A DNA stretch of 64,000 nt. Source: Polyangiaceae bacterium. Its GTDB lineage: Bacteria; Myxococcota_A; Polyangia; Polyangiales; Polyangiaceae. A program made the position numbers and the translations under genes. Under the pieces are notes generated by a model. That model was not told the DNA's origin, did no database searches, and saw nothing but the letters and a program-made list of their open reading frames with translations. The stretch is from NCBI GenBank assembly GCA_044376115.1, contig JBILLK010000027.1, forward strand, positions 1 through 64,000, read 5' to 3'. Of this stretch, positions 28,852 through 39,195 are shown in pieces. Position 1 is the stretch's first letter. Each line of letters opens with the position of its first letter.

Positions 28852-30444
28852 ATGCGTCTGATTCAAAGACTTGGTTGGCTAACGCTGGTCGCGGGGCTCT
28901 CGTCCTGCATCGGAGAGATTGGCTCTGGTGTTGAAGGCGGTCCCGAGCCGGACCCACAGATCATGTGCTCGGATGAAGCGCCGCTGAGCGTCCCGATGCA
29001 GCGGATCACGGCCTCGCAGTTCGAGCAGGTGATGACCGAGCTGTTTGGCGAGGGGCTCGACTTTGGGGCGGCCTTTCCGCGGCCGCTCGCTACCTACGCC
29101 TATTCGAGCTTTAGCGCCGCCAACCCGGTCGCCGATGCGCAGGTCAAGCCGATCATGGAAGCGGCCGAGGCGATTGCCATGCAAGTCGCCGACCGCATCC
29201 CGGCCTGCAACGGCGATGAGACCGCCTGCGCGAGCGACTACCTGAGCGCGCTCGCCACGCGCGCGTTGCGGCGCCCAGCGACAAGCGATGAGCTGGCGAT
29301 GTTGATGGGCCTCTACAGCGGTTCTCGAGCCGAGATGGATCACGCCGAGAGCATCGCTGTCGCCGTGTTCGGCTTGTTGCAGATGCCGCAGTTCCTGTAC
29401 CTGCTCGAGAACCAGCCGGTCGACGAAGTGTCGACCACGCTCGACGGCCAAGAGACGGCACAGCGCATGGCCTTTCTTTATTGGAACGGTCTGCCGGACG
29501 AAGAGCTGCTCGCCGCGGCCTCGAGCGGTGCGCTCGCCGACGCGGATACCCGCCGCAACCACGCCGCGCGCATGCTCGCCGATCCCCGCGCACAGCCGGT
29601 GCTGACCAACTTCATGCGCGAATGGCTGATGGTGAAGGGCTTCGTCTCTGACCAACATTCGCCCGAGCTCGCCGCCGCGCTCGAAGAAGAACTGCAACGC
29701 AATCTGGAGGCTGCGCTGGTCTCGGAGAACGGCTTCGCTGAGCTGCTCAGCTCGAATCGAACCTGGGTAAACAGCGAGCTCGAGGCGTTCTACGGCCTCG
29801 CTCCGCAGAGCAGCGGTCCCGATGATTGGCGTGAGGTCGAGCTCGATCCGGCGCAGCGGGTAGGCGTGCTCACGCACCCGGTGCTGATGTCGAAGTTTGC
29901 CCACGGTGACAAAGCCTCGCTGATTCTGCGCGGCAAGTTCATCCGCATGAATTTGCTGTGCACCGACATCAATCCGCCACCGCCAGGCGCACAGGAGGAA
30001 CAGGCCAAGCTGACGCCGGAGGACGCAACCCCGGAGGAACAGTCGCAAGCTCGCCTCGACAGCGTCTCCTGCGGCGGCTGTCACGTGCTGATGGATCCCA
30101 TCGGGCGCAGCTTCTCGGCCTTCGACGGAGCCGGACACTTTGATCCGAGCGTCGGCGGTGAAGCTGTTGCAGGCACCGTCTACCCACCTTCCGATCTCGA
30201 GGGTGATTTCAGCGGACCGCGCGAGCTCGGTGAGATCCTCGCGGGTGCAGACGAGGTGCGCGCCTGCTTTGCGCGCCACTTTTTGCGCTACTCGCTCGGC
30301 AAGACGGAATCGTATGAGGAGAAGTGTTCCGTACAGCTGATCTCCCAAACGATCAGCACCGAGAGCAATACGTTGGTCGATATCTTTGCGAACGTGGCTG
30401 CCGCCCCAGCCTTCGTTGATCGCGCATCGGAGGTGGAGCAATGA
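28852..30444 (+). CDS. DUF1592/DUF1588/DUF1595 family lipoprotein
   Basis: RALRRP, LLQMPQFLY, WNGLPDEEL, RVGVLTHP, ILRG, CGGCH..MDPIG. Confidence 0.9.
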   Translation: MRLIQRLGWLTLVAGLSSCIGEIGSGVEGGPEPDPQIMCSDEAPLSVPMQRITASQFEQVMTELFGEGLDFGAAFPRPLATYAYSSFSAANPVADAQVKPIMEAAEAIAMQVADRIPACNGDETACASDYLSALATRALRRPATSDELAMLMGLYSGSRAEMDHAESIAVAVFGLLQMPQFLYLLENQPVDEVSTTLDGQETAQRMAFLYWNGLPDEELLAAASSGALADADTRRNHAARMLADPRAQPVLTNFMREWLMVKGFVSDQHSPELAAALEEELQRNLEAALVSENGFAELLSSNRTWVNSELEAFYGLAPQSSGPDDWREVELDPAQRVGVLTHPVLMSKFAHGDKASLILRGKFIRMNLLCTDINPPPPGAQEEQAKLTPEDATPEEQSQARLDSVSCGGCHVLMDPIGRSFSAFDGAGHFDPSVGGEAVAGTVYPPSDLEGDFSGPRELGEILAGADEVRACFARHFLRYSLGKTESYEEKCSVQLISQTISTESNTLVDIFANVAAAPAFVDRASEVEQ

Positions 30445-31853
30445 GCCGCATTCAGGGAGCCAAGAAGGGCACGAGTCGCCGTCGTTTTCTGCGCACGCTC
30501 GCCGGCGGTGCGATCGCGCTGCCGTTCCTCGAGCTCGACGTCGTGCGCGCCGCCGACTTGCCGAAGCGCTTCGTCATCTTCACCACCGGTGAAGGCAACC
30601 TGCCGGCGCGTTTTTCGCCGCCCAAGCTCGCGAACAATGCCCTGCAACTGAGCGAAATGTTGCAACCGCTGGCCGCCAACAAGCAGTACTTGAACGTCGT
30701 CTCGGGCGTCTCCAACCTGCTGCCCGGCCTGCATACTTCCAACGGTCACAACGCCCCCGGTCATACGCTGCTCTGCGCCAACCTGGTGGATACCACCGGC
30801 GTCGGCTCGTTCGACCCTGGTCTCGAGGTCAGCGCCGGGATGCGTTGCCTCGGCCCTTCGATCGATCACTACTTGGCGAGCAAGTTGGGCTCGATGGAGC
30901 CGCTCAACCTGGCTATCGGCGGCTCCGACCCGGGCGAGAACCGCATGTTCTACAAGATGAAGGGCGAAAGCGAGGCTGGCGCGAACCCCGAGGCACCGCT
31001 CAACGCTGATCCGGTGGACGCCTTCAACTCGAACCTTGCCGGCCTCCCGGGCGGCCCTGCCACCACTCGCGCCGATCGCTTTCGTGCACGACGTAGCCCG
31101 GTGCTGAACGGCGTAATGGACTCGTTCAACTCGCTCAACAAGAACCTCGGCGCCGCCGACAAACAACGCGTCGAAGATCACCTCGATGCGCTGCGCGATC
31201 TCGACAAGAGCTTGAGTTACGTGCCCCCGGTCGAGTGCGGCAATGCCACGTTGGACGTGCCCCCCGGCTTCAGCGTGCCTGGTTGGCCCGACTATTCGTA
31301 CATGAAGGAACAGGCCGACATGATGGTGGACATCATGGTCAACACGCTCGCCTGCGGCGCCCGTCAGATCGTCACCCTGCAAGACACCGCCTACGATGGG
31401 CCGCGCTTCGACTGGCTGCCCGAAGGCCCGATGGAGGGCTGGCATGCGCAGGTCCACAACGACCCAGCGCTCGGCCTCGGCTACGGCAGCAACAACGACA
31501 ACCCCAACCTTCGCGCGGGCTTTCTCTACTACGCCAGCGTCTACAATCAGATCCTCACGCGCATGGCGGCGATCGAGGAAGCCAACGGCATGAACATGCT
31601 CGAGAACAGCGTCGTTCTATGGATCAGCGAGTTCGGCTGGGGCCAGACCCACGAGACCCACGACCTACCGATCGTGCTCGCAGGTGGCGCGCAAGGCCGC
31701 CTACCGATGGATCGTCATTTGGTTCGGCCGGGCGCCACCATCGGCGATCTGTACACGTCCATCCTCCACGCCTTCGACCAAACGGACACGTCCTTCGGTT
31801 ACGACGAAGAAGCGGGCTTCAACAACGGCGGTATCAACGGCCTCGTGACTTGA
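30441..31853 (+). CDS. DUF1552 family protein with Tat signal
   Basis: SRRRFLR..G..IALPFLE, SIDH, DKQRVEDHL, WHAQVH, SEFG..H...DLP..LAGG; ATGA overlap. Confidence 0.92.
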   Translation: MSRIQGAKKGTSRRRFLRTLAGGAIALPFLELDVVRAADLPKRFVIFTTGEGNLPARFSPPKLANNALQLSEMLQPLAANKQYLNVVSGVSNLLPGLHTSNGHNAPGHTLLCANLVDTTGVGSFDPGLEVSAGMRCLGPSIDHYLASKLGSMEPLNLAIGGSDPGENRMFYKMKGESEAGANPEAPLNADPVDAFNSNLAGLPGGPATTRADRFRARRSPVLNGVMDSFNSLNKNLGAADKQRVEDHLDALRDLDKSLSYVPPVECGNATLDVPPGFSVPGWPDYSYMKEQADMMVDIMVNTLACGARQIVTLQDTAYDGPRFDWLPEGPMEGWHAQVHNDPALGLGYGSNNDNPNLRAGFLYYASVYNQILTRMAAIEEANGMNMLENSVVLWISEFGWGQTHETHDLPIVLAGGAQGRLPMDRHLVRPGATIGDLYTSILHAFDQTDTSFGYDEEAGFNNGGINGLVT

Positions 31854-32952
31854 CCTTCGGCGCTGGCTTGGTCGGCGGGAGGAACGCCTGGTAGAGGAAG
31901 TTGCGCGCGTCCAGCGGCCTACCGTTGAGCGCGCTGTACCAGGCCCACTTGCGCCCTGTTTCAACGTCCGCCGTGCGTGCATCAACCTGCTTGCGCCAGG
32001 CCTCGGGGTCCCCGCTGAGGTCAGGCGGTCCCACTTCAAGAACCTTGTTGAGCAGCTCGAACACCGAGGTCTCCACCGCCCAGTACTTCTTGGTTAGGCG
32101 GGCGAAGTCGTCCGGCGAGCTGTCCGTCAGCGCGCGGTTCGCCGCGACAGGATCGTCGAGGCGCTTCAGCAGCGCGAGTACGTACGCTGCGAAGAGCAGG
32201 TCCCGCGAGATGGTCCGGCCATCTTTCAGAGCAACCGGCTTGTCGTCGGTCTCGCGAACGGCCTTCCGCAGCGCCGCCAGCGAAATGAAGCGCCCTTTCG
32301 GCGGGGGCCCGGGCAGACCGATCGGGCCGTCGAGGCCGTCATCGAAACCGTCGTCTTCTGCCTCGTCCTCCTCGTCCTCCCCATCCACTGGCTCCCCCAG
32401 CAAGTCCTCCCCATCGATCGTGCGGCTTAGCCAGCGCGCGTTGGGCGGTAGCTTCTTCGGCTCACCGAGGTAGTCGGCGCGACGAAGCCCGGTGAAGGAG
32501 CGAAAGACCCAGCGATCGAGCTCATCGCCCAGTTCGTCGTAGTAGTCCCTGGCATCGCCAGGTTCTCCCCGCGGATCTGCGCCGAATTGAACAAGAACAT
32601 ACGAGTCCGACGCATCGGCGATCTGCATCCATCTCGTGGTCGTACCCAACGACGTGGCCAGGTGCTGCGCCAAACCAAAATCCGCTTCATAACGATTGCT
32701 GAAGAGGATGGATAGCCACTTGACTCGATCGGACGCCTACGGCTCTGCACGAAAGGCGAGTCCAAGCGCTGTCGTGCGCGCCTTTCCCTCACGCAGATGG
32801 TTCGGCTGCAGATCCGCACGCCAGGTCGCAGGCCCCTGCTTGGCGCCGAGCCCGAGGTAATAGTTCTCCGTAGCCGCGATCACCGTGTCGGTTTTGATCC
32901 CTCTGCCGAGGCGCACGATCACCGAGCCAACATTGGTCCCCATCCGCGGCAT
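31834..32952 (-). pseudogene. Hypothetical protein interrupted by one in-frame TAG (32737-32739)
   Basis: ORFs 32737-32952 and 31834-32673 share a frame, and the 21 codons between them are open (..AEP*ASDRVKWLSILFSNRYEADFGLAQHL..). Confidence 0.7.
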
Positions 32953-33035
32953 CTCACCCTAAAGCGTCAGCGCAGTGAAGGGCTTTGCACGGCGTCGCGA
33001 GCTCGTTGCGAGGTCAGTGCTGGACGGCGCCGGCT

Positions 33036-35579
33036 TCAACGACGGCAGAACGCGAGGTTCGGATCGAGGAAGCACGCGTCCTCACGCAGGGTATGGGCGT
33101 CCTCGTGTCTGCCCCGCGAGCGCTGCAATGCTTCCGCGCTGACGCAAGCTTCGGCCGAGGGCGCAGTCGCGCGGCATCCTTTCACGATCGCTGCGAACAG
33201 GGTCTCCATTGCAGGTAACGTCTTCGCGGCGTCGGGGAGCTTTTGCCAGGCCGCCTCCACCGTCTTGGCGAGTTCGAAGCACGCACCACCTGCGCCGCCC
33301 GCGCAGGCCTCTTCGAATAGGCGCTTGGCTGTCGCCGGATCGGAACTCCGGCGCGCTTGCAGCTCCTTCGAGCGAGCGCACGCCGCGAGCTCAAATGGTT
33401 CGAGGGCGACCTTCACAGGAGCGCAAGCCTGTGCGTGAAGCTGCTCGCGCCGCTGCGGGTCTTCGCTGCGTGCCGAGAGCTCCACGCAGCCAGTCGGGTC
33501 ACCTCCGCTACAGGCGGCCTCGAGCGCGCGCAGGAGCATCGTGCCATCGACGATAAAGCGAGCTCCTCGGGTATGCGCGTGGGCACACGCTCGTTGGCCC
33601 TCGGGGTCTTGCGGGTTCACGTCTCGGCAGGCCGCGTCGTAGAGCTGCCGCGCGCGCTGTTCGTCTCGCTGCACGCCGAGGCCATGCTCGAAGAGGCGCC
33701 CGCGGTCGAAGCATGCCAGCGCATCTCGGAGCTCGCCATCGCAGCCCTTCTCGAGCAGCCTTGCGACCTCTGGCCAATCGGGACTCTGCCGCCACTCGGG
33801 CCAGCGGAGCCGCGCGGCTTTCGCACAGCCGCGCGCAAGTCCACCGTTACAGGCGGTGGTGAACGCCTGCTCGGCGCGATAGCCATCCCCGGTTGCGCGC
33901 GGGTTTGGGAACAGGTTGCCCAAGGCCAAGCAACCCTCGGGGTCGTACAGAGCACAGGCCGTTTCGAGGAAAGGTTTGGCCTCGGCTTCATTCGGGGCGG
34001 GGCCCTCGAGCGCCATGGCCCCGCGGCGCGCGCACGCAGTGCCATGCTTGTCTTTGCATGCGTGCTCGTAGAGAGACTTCGCCTTCACCGTATCGCGCGA
34101 GACCCCGCCCGCTCCCTGCTCGTGGATCGTTCCGAGTGCGAAGCAGGCGCGCGGCTCGGGGATCGAGCCTTCGCAGCCCTCGCGCGCAAGCTCGAAGGCA
34201 CGTTGAGGGTTCGTAGGACCGCCGGCCTCGCTGAGGAGCGATTCGGATAAGGCCGCGCAAGCGCCGCGGTTCCGCTTGTCGCAGCCCTTCTCATAGGCGC
34301 GCCGAGCCTGTTCCGCGTCTTTGGGCGCGCCGCCTTGACCGTGCTCATACATTGCGCCGAGCAGCGCACAGCTGGCACCGCCGCCGTCGTCGCAGCGGGC
34401 GAGGCAGTCGTTGACCTCGTGCTTGCAGACGACCTCGGGGCGCTTGAGATAACGCACCCCCAAACCCACTGCGCCGAGCGCAACGGTGCTCGCGATGGCA
34501 GCCGCAACCTGAAGCTTCCAGCGAGAGGGCGCCGCGGGAGCAGCCCTTGGGGCTTCCCCAACCGGTCGATACACGATGCCCGTCGTTCTTGGCGCCGAGG
34601 CCACTGCGCTGGTTGCGGCGAGCTCGAGCGGTGTGGCTGGGAGGTTGGCCCCCGCAGCGAGGACAGGCGCTAGCGCTTGCATCGCGATCGCTGCGTCGGT
34701 GTATCGCTCTCGTGGCTCCCGCGCCGTACAGCGCGCGAACCATGCGTCGAAGCCTACCGGTAACGGGCGGCTCCACCCGAGCTGCAACGCGCGTTGAGAG
34801 GCTGGCGCCATCGGATCGAGGACGATCTCCCGCAGCAGCGCGCTCACGCCTGACTGCCGGTCGCTGGCTGCGAGCCAATAGGACCGTCCCGTCAGCATCG
34901 CGAAGGCGATCAAGCCGAGCGCCCAAACATCCGTCGCTGGGCCGATGCGGCCCGCTCGTTCGGTCTGCTCCGGTGCCATCCACAGCGGCGTGCCCATCGC
35001 ATCGGTCGACGAGGTCTTCGCTTCGGCGATGATCTTCGCGATACCGAAGTCGAGCACTTTGACCGTGGTCGAGGCCCCGGCTCGCCGCGCCTCCGCTACA
35101 AATACGTTCTCGGGTTTGAGATCGCGGTGCACTACCCCAGCGACGTGAGCCGCGCCGATCGCGTGACAGAGCTGCTCGAAGATCTCCCGTGTGCGCTGCG
35201 GAGAAAGCGCGCCCTCCTGTTCCAGCAAGGTCGCGAGATCCCGGCCCTCGAGCAGCTCCATCACGAGCCACGGCATCCCGGTTTCAGTGTCCACGCCTGC
35301 GGCCAGCACCGAGACCACGTGGTCGCTGGCGATCGATGCGCCAACGCGCGCCTCGCGCGCAAAGCGTTCGCGCAGCACCAAATCGCTCACCAGCTCCGGT
35401 CGCATGAGCTTGAGCGCCCGCCGCATACCGGTGCTCAGTTGCTCCACGACATACACGGAGCCCATTCCACCCTGGCTGAGCGGACGTTCGACACGGTAGT
35501 CGCCAGCGAAGACGGAGCCGATGGGCAGGAGCGAGGTCACGATGAGAGCAACATAGGCTACGGCCCTCGGCTGGTTCAA
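33036..35579 (-). CDS. Transmembrane Ser/Thr protein kinase with Sel1-like Cys repeats
   Basis: GGMGSVY, ALK, HRDLKPEN, DFG, APE, DVWALG; TM; repeated A...(Y/L)..AC......C..LG; start approximate. Confidence 0.93.
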   Translation of the reverse strand: MNQPRAVAYVALIVTSLLPIGSVFAGDYRVERPLSQGGMGSVYVVEQLSTGMRRALKLMRPELVSDLVLRERFAREARVGASIASDHVVSVLAAGVDTETGMPWLVMELLEGRDLATLLEQEGALSPQRTREIFEQLCHAIGAAHVAGVVHRDLKPENVFVAEARRAGASTTVKVLDFGIAKIIAEAKTSSTDAMGTPLWMAPEQTERAGRIGPATDVWALGLIAFAMLTGRSYWLAASDRQSGVSALLREIVLDPMAPASQRALQLGWSRPLPVGFDAWFARCTAREPRERYTDAAIAMQALAPVLAAGANLPATPLELAATSAVASAPRTTGIVYRPVGEAPRAAPAAPSRWKLQVAAAIASTVALGAVGLGVRYLKRPEVVCKHEVNDCLARCDDGGGASCALLGAMYEHGQGGAPKDAEQARRAYEKGCDKRNRGACAALSESLLSEAGGPTNPQRAFELAREGCEGSIPEPRACFALGTIHEQGAGGVSRDTVKAKSLYEHACKDKHGTACARRGAMALEGPAPNEAEAKPFLETACALYDPEGCLALGNLFPNPRATGDGYRAEQAFTTACNGGLARGCAKAARLRWPEWRQSPDWPEVARLLEKGCDGELRDALACFDRGRLFEHGLGVQRDEQRARQLYDAACRDVNPQDPEGQRACAHAHTRGARFIVDGTMLLRALEAACSGGDPTGCVELSARSEDPQRREQLHAQACAPVKVALEPFELAACARSKELQARRSSDPATAKRLFEEACAGGAGGACFELAKTVEAAWQKLPDAAKTLPAMETLFAAIVKGCRATAPSAEACVSAEALQRSRGRHEDAHTLREDACFLDPNLAFCRR

Positions 35580-35641
35580 GCCGGCGCAGGCTGCTCGAGT
35601 CGAGCGCTAGGTTTTTGCAAATGCGGCGTCGAACGTTGGCG

Positions 35642-36487
35642 CTAGGCGCTTTGGCGCAGCGCCTGTTCTGCGTTGGTGCCGGCCTCCAGCGCGATTTGCA
35701 GAAGGTGATCAGGGCTGCCTGGTAAGCCGCAGGCTGCGGCGGTCTGCACGAGCGTCAAAGGCAGCTCGTTCACGGCCCCCGCACGAATCGCATGAACGAG
35801 TTGGGGTGCCGTCACTCGTGCAAAGACTGTGAGTCGCCCCAGCACAGACCAGGTCGACGGGTGTCGATCGCTCGACGTTCCAACGGCTTCGCAAACGTCT
35901 GCGGGTAAGTTGTTGCGCGCGAGTAGGCGCGCGCCGATCTCATAGGAGCAGCCGCCGTAGCGATGCCGTTCGAGCTCCGTGCGAAGGAACAGATTGCCGC
36001 CCGCCTGGTGCCACAGCTGCAGGTAGCCGTTGTCATCCACCGAAAGGCACGCCATCGCGCCGACCTCCGAAAGCAGCCCACAAAGGAACGCTTCGCTGCG
36101 CGAGACGCCCTGAAGCTCTTTGGCCAGCCGTCGAGCAAGCGCTCCAGTAAGCACGCACACTGCGTGGAGTTGGGGTGCGAGCTCGTTATGCGAGCGAAAG
36201 GCTGCAAGCATCGCCATCGCGGCTGCCATGTCGCGGATCTCCCCAAGGCCAACCACCGCAACGGCGTGCTCCAAGTCGCGAATCCGCCCCGACATACCAA
36301 ACGCAGAGCTGTTCGCGATGCGCATCAATTGTGCAGCCAACCCTGGGTCGACCGCGATCGCCTCAGCAACCTGGCGAACATTGGCTCGTTGGTCGCCTGC
36401 CACCGACATCACGCGCGTCGCCGCCTCCGGAACGGGGCAGACCTCCCCAACCTTCTCCAACAACCGTTGCAACCGTTCGTTCGGCAA
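35642..36487 (-). CDS. HDOD domain protein
   Basis: DPGLAAQLMRIANS, AV.VVG, AFLCGLLSEVG, E...YG, GA.LL...NLP. Confidence 0.9.
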   Translation of the reverse strand: MPNERLQRLLEKVGEVCPVPEAATRVMSVAGDQRANVRQVAEAIAVDPGLAAQLMRIANSSAFGMSGRIRDLEHAVAVVGLGEIRDMAAAMAMLAAFRSHNELAPQLHAVCVLTGALARRLAKELQGVSRSEAFLCGLLSEVGAMACLSVDDNGYLQLWHQAGGNLFLRTELERHRYGGCSYEIGARLLARNNLPADVCEAVGTSSDRHPSTWSVLGRLTVFARVTAPQLVHAIRAGAVNELPLTLVQTAAACGLPGSPDHLLQIALEAGTNAEQALRQSA

Positions 36488-36557
36488 GAGGCCCCCCTTG
36501 ACTGAGCGGCACCTTTGAGGCGACGAAAAGGGTCGCGGTACAACTTCGCACTACGCC

Positions 36558-37355
36558 TCAGTACGCGTGCTCCAAGCGGTATACTTCTGCGCAGGGTCGG
36601 CAGAGCGTAGAAGCGATCCCGGTGTTGCGCCGCGTGCGCCCGGCAACGGCCTTGAACACGGCACCGCTCTGCTCTTCGTCGCAACGAAGACACGCATTGA
36701 GCTCGCCGTTTTCCTCGTGATACGGCGCTCCGAGCAGGTCCAAGCAAACGTCCAGGCAAGCGTCGCGGGTGTGCTCGGTATTGAATGCCCAGACCTGTGC
36801 GCACGGCAGAGAGAAACCGAGCTCTGCGATGCAGCTCACGAGCCCTTCGTGATCGCTGAGGTTCGCGATCCCGCAGCTACGCACTGGCCCGGTCAGGTCG
36901 AGTTGCTCTGCGTAAACCGCGAGGTCCTCGAGTGTGGAGCAGAGCCCACAGGCGTCACCATGGGTCACCACGGCTCCCGCGGCTTCCGCTGTTGCGGCGC
37001 TTGAATAGGTATCCAAGCTGTAGATCTTTTGCGCCGCGTCGGTGACGAGCACGCCGCACACCGCACCATCGGCGCCGGGGTTCGCAGGCTCGAGGTATGG
37101 ATCGGCGGTCAGTTCCGGCAGCGGCTCCGCGATCGTCCACTCACGCAATTGCGCAACGCGCTCCGGCGTCCATTCGGCTTCCTGCCAGCTGTCGTCGCAG
37201 TCTCCGCAAGTTGGCCGGCACTGCGCTGTGGTCAGCCCGGTCATCTCGTTTGGTCGCCCAAACAAGGCCGGCTCAGGGGCGGGTGTGCAGACCGTCTCGG
37301 ATTCGCTCGAGCACGCGGCGAAAAGGCCTATCAGAAGCAGACGCGTAGTCCTCAC
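36558..37355 (-). CDS. Cys-rich conserved hypothetical lipoprotein
   Basis: Lipobox FAAC; HGDACGLCS, CAQVW..N, CLRCDEEQSG.VFK.VAGRTRRN.GI. Confidence 0.75.
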   Translation of the reverse strand: MRTTRLLLIGLFAACSSESETVCTPAPEPALFGRPNEMTGLTTAQCRPTCGDCDDSWQEAEWTPERVAQLREWTIAEPLPELTADPYLEPANPGADGAVCGVLVTDAAQKIYSLDTYSSAATAEAAGAVVTHGDACGLCSTLEDLAVYAEQLDLTGPVRSCGIANLSDHEGLVSCIAELGFSLPCAQVWAFNTEHTRDACLDVCLDLLGAPYHEENGELNACLRCDEEQSGAVFKAVAGRTRRNTGIASTLCRPCAEVYRLEHAY

Positions 37356-37500
37356 GCCACAAGCTTGGACCAGCCACGCTTCGATGGGGAAGTTTCTTCC
37401 TCTCGAGGTTCGCGCGCAGGCCCAGGATGACGGTGCCCGATTTCTCAAGAAAGGTCTCTACCAAGGTTTCACCAAACCAGCGGAGCAGGTCTGTCGGACG

Positions 37501-37749
37501 CTATTTGCCCGTTGAAGAGCGCGCCGTGCCGGAGCTAGCCCCTTCCAGGATCGCCTGGACTGCAATCGAATTGCCGATCGCTTCGAGCACCCCACCTCGC
37601 TGAATCAGCTCCCGCGCAAAGATCAGCCGGTGGTTGGGATCGTCGAGCGAGGAAATTGCGCAAACACGCATCGCTTCAGCTGCGATCTCCCGCGCTTTGG
37701 CTGCCCCGAATACGCGCTCCAACTTTGCGAGCGCAGCGCTACTCGACAC
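37501..37749 (-). CDS. Small helical hypothetical protein (82 aa)
   Basis: GTG start overlaps the upstream gene's 3' end by 11 bp; amphipathic helical pattern. Confidence 0.7.
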   Translation of the reverse strand: MSSSAALAKLERVFGAAKAREIAAEAMRVCAISSLDDPNHRLIFARELIQRGGVLEAIGNSIAVQAILEGASSGTARSSTGK

Positions 37750-38665
37750 GGTCGAACCTTCGCGCAGCTTGTGCCACGGCTTGCGCTTTGCGCTCGGTCA
37801 TCGCAGAAAGATGAGCAATGAACGTCGGGTTCGTCATGCCGTACCAAATGAAGGTCTTGCGGTAGTTCGCGAGCTGGGTCGCCTGAACTGCCGCCACCTG
37901 TTCGGCGTTGAACGTCCGGCCCGTCGCCGCCGCGAGCGTCTCCACGTCCATTGCGGACTGTTGCGCCAGAAGACCGTCAAACGCGTCGAGAATCCCGAGC
38001 TGCCAACTCAAGTGCGGCGGGCGTCGCCGAGGTGGCGATCTTGTCGAGCTCGAGGGCGTCGATCTTTGCGTGTTGTGCCTCTTCCAACCAATGGTTCTTT
38101 AGGAGGCCCTTGAACAACGGATCGACATCAGCGTCCTTTACGCACTCTGTGTAGTGATGCTGCGTCATCAGCTCGATGTGGAGCGTAATCAAGAGGACTG
38201 CCATCGGGCTGTGACTCATGATCACTGCGGCGACCTCTTGCGCCGTTTCGAGTACTCCGCACGGGTGGCCGAAGTCGCGCTGAAATGCGCGTCGATAACG
38301 ATCAAACAGCGCCTGATGCTTCAGCTCCTCGTCAACGAAGCGAGTGAGCGCGCGCAGTGCGTTCGGGTCCCCAAAGACTTCGGCGTGCGCGTGCTTCAGC
38401 ATGGTCGCGAGGATGTACTCCTCAACGAAGCTGAACAGGTTGAGGTACGCGTTGCCTGAAAGATGGTTGAGTGCGAGTCGCTCGGCCTCGTTCAGGAACG
38501 CGCTACCTGCAGCTCGCAAAGGCCGCGCGTACCTGCCAACTGCTCGGGTAAGAAAGGCCGCGTGAAGTCGAGCCGTGTCTCCGCTGGCATCACTTCATCC
38601 AGTTTCCAGCTCACCCGCTCAGATACTTTGACGCACCCCGCGTAGTCGAAGTTGAGGTTCAACAT
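37739..38665 (-). pseudogene. Ferritin-like diiron (AurF-like) protein split by two frameshifts
   Basis: Three consecutive frames (38665 to ~38519, ~38501 to ~38001, ~37999 to 37739) carry FLPE, FVEEYI, DEELKH, IELMTQHHY, EEAQH. Confidence 0.8.
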
Positions 38666-38763
38666 TGGTACGAGAGCATCACGGCTGATAGCGACCCTCA
38701 AGTGTCGGTTAAGGTTTCGAGGTCTGCTGTCAACTTGGCTACAAAGTCGTGCGCCCGAGAGGT

Positions 38764-39195
38764 TCAGCGCACGTGCTGCTTCAGGCGCATCAACAACTCC
38801 GCGCTGACGCTTACTCTGTTGCTTCGCAACCAAGTTGCACACTGCTCCACAGCCTCTTCCATTGTCTCCGTCGCAACGGTCGGGACGGGTGAGGGAGCGA
38901 CCCAATGAATCGCTGTGATCGCGCTACGGAGCAGGGCGTTGTTGACGACGATCACCGTTCCCAGGGAGAACTGTTTCGCCGGGTCGCGCGAGCGCGTGAT
39001 GTAGTCGGCTAGCTTGCGCCGCACGAGAGCATCTGGGCGTTCGCTAACGCCGCGTGCGTCAACGATGTGGACCATCGTGCTGCGGCGGCTGAGCGCTTCA
39101 TCAAAGGCTGCGGCCATTTGGTCGGCCGCTTCGGCGTTCAGCGTGCCATGAAGTGTCATCACCACCACGGGCCAGAAGTCCAAGCTGAACTCCAC
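38764..39195 (-). CDS. STAS/SEC14-like small protein
   Basis: WPVVVMTL.G, IVDARG...PDA..R..LA, VIVVNN.LLR..ITAI.W..P. Confidence 0.7.
   Translation of the reverse strand: MEFSLDFWPVVVMTLHGTLNAEAADQMAAAFDEALSRRSTMVHIVDARGVSERPDALVRRKLADYITRSRDPAKQFSLGTVIVVNNALLRSAITAIHWVAPSPVPTVATETMEEAVEQCATWLRSNRVSVSAELLMRLKQHVR

Noticed and set aside
32737..32739. Pyrrolysine or recoded TAG
   Set aside because: Many genes here end normally in TAG and no pyl genes are visible
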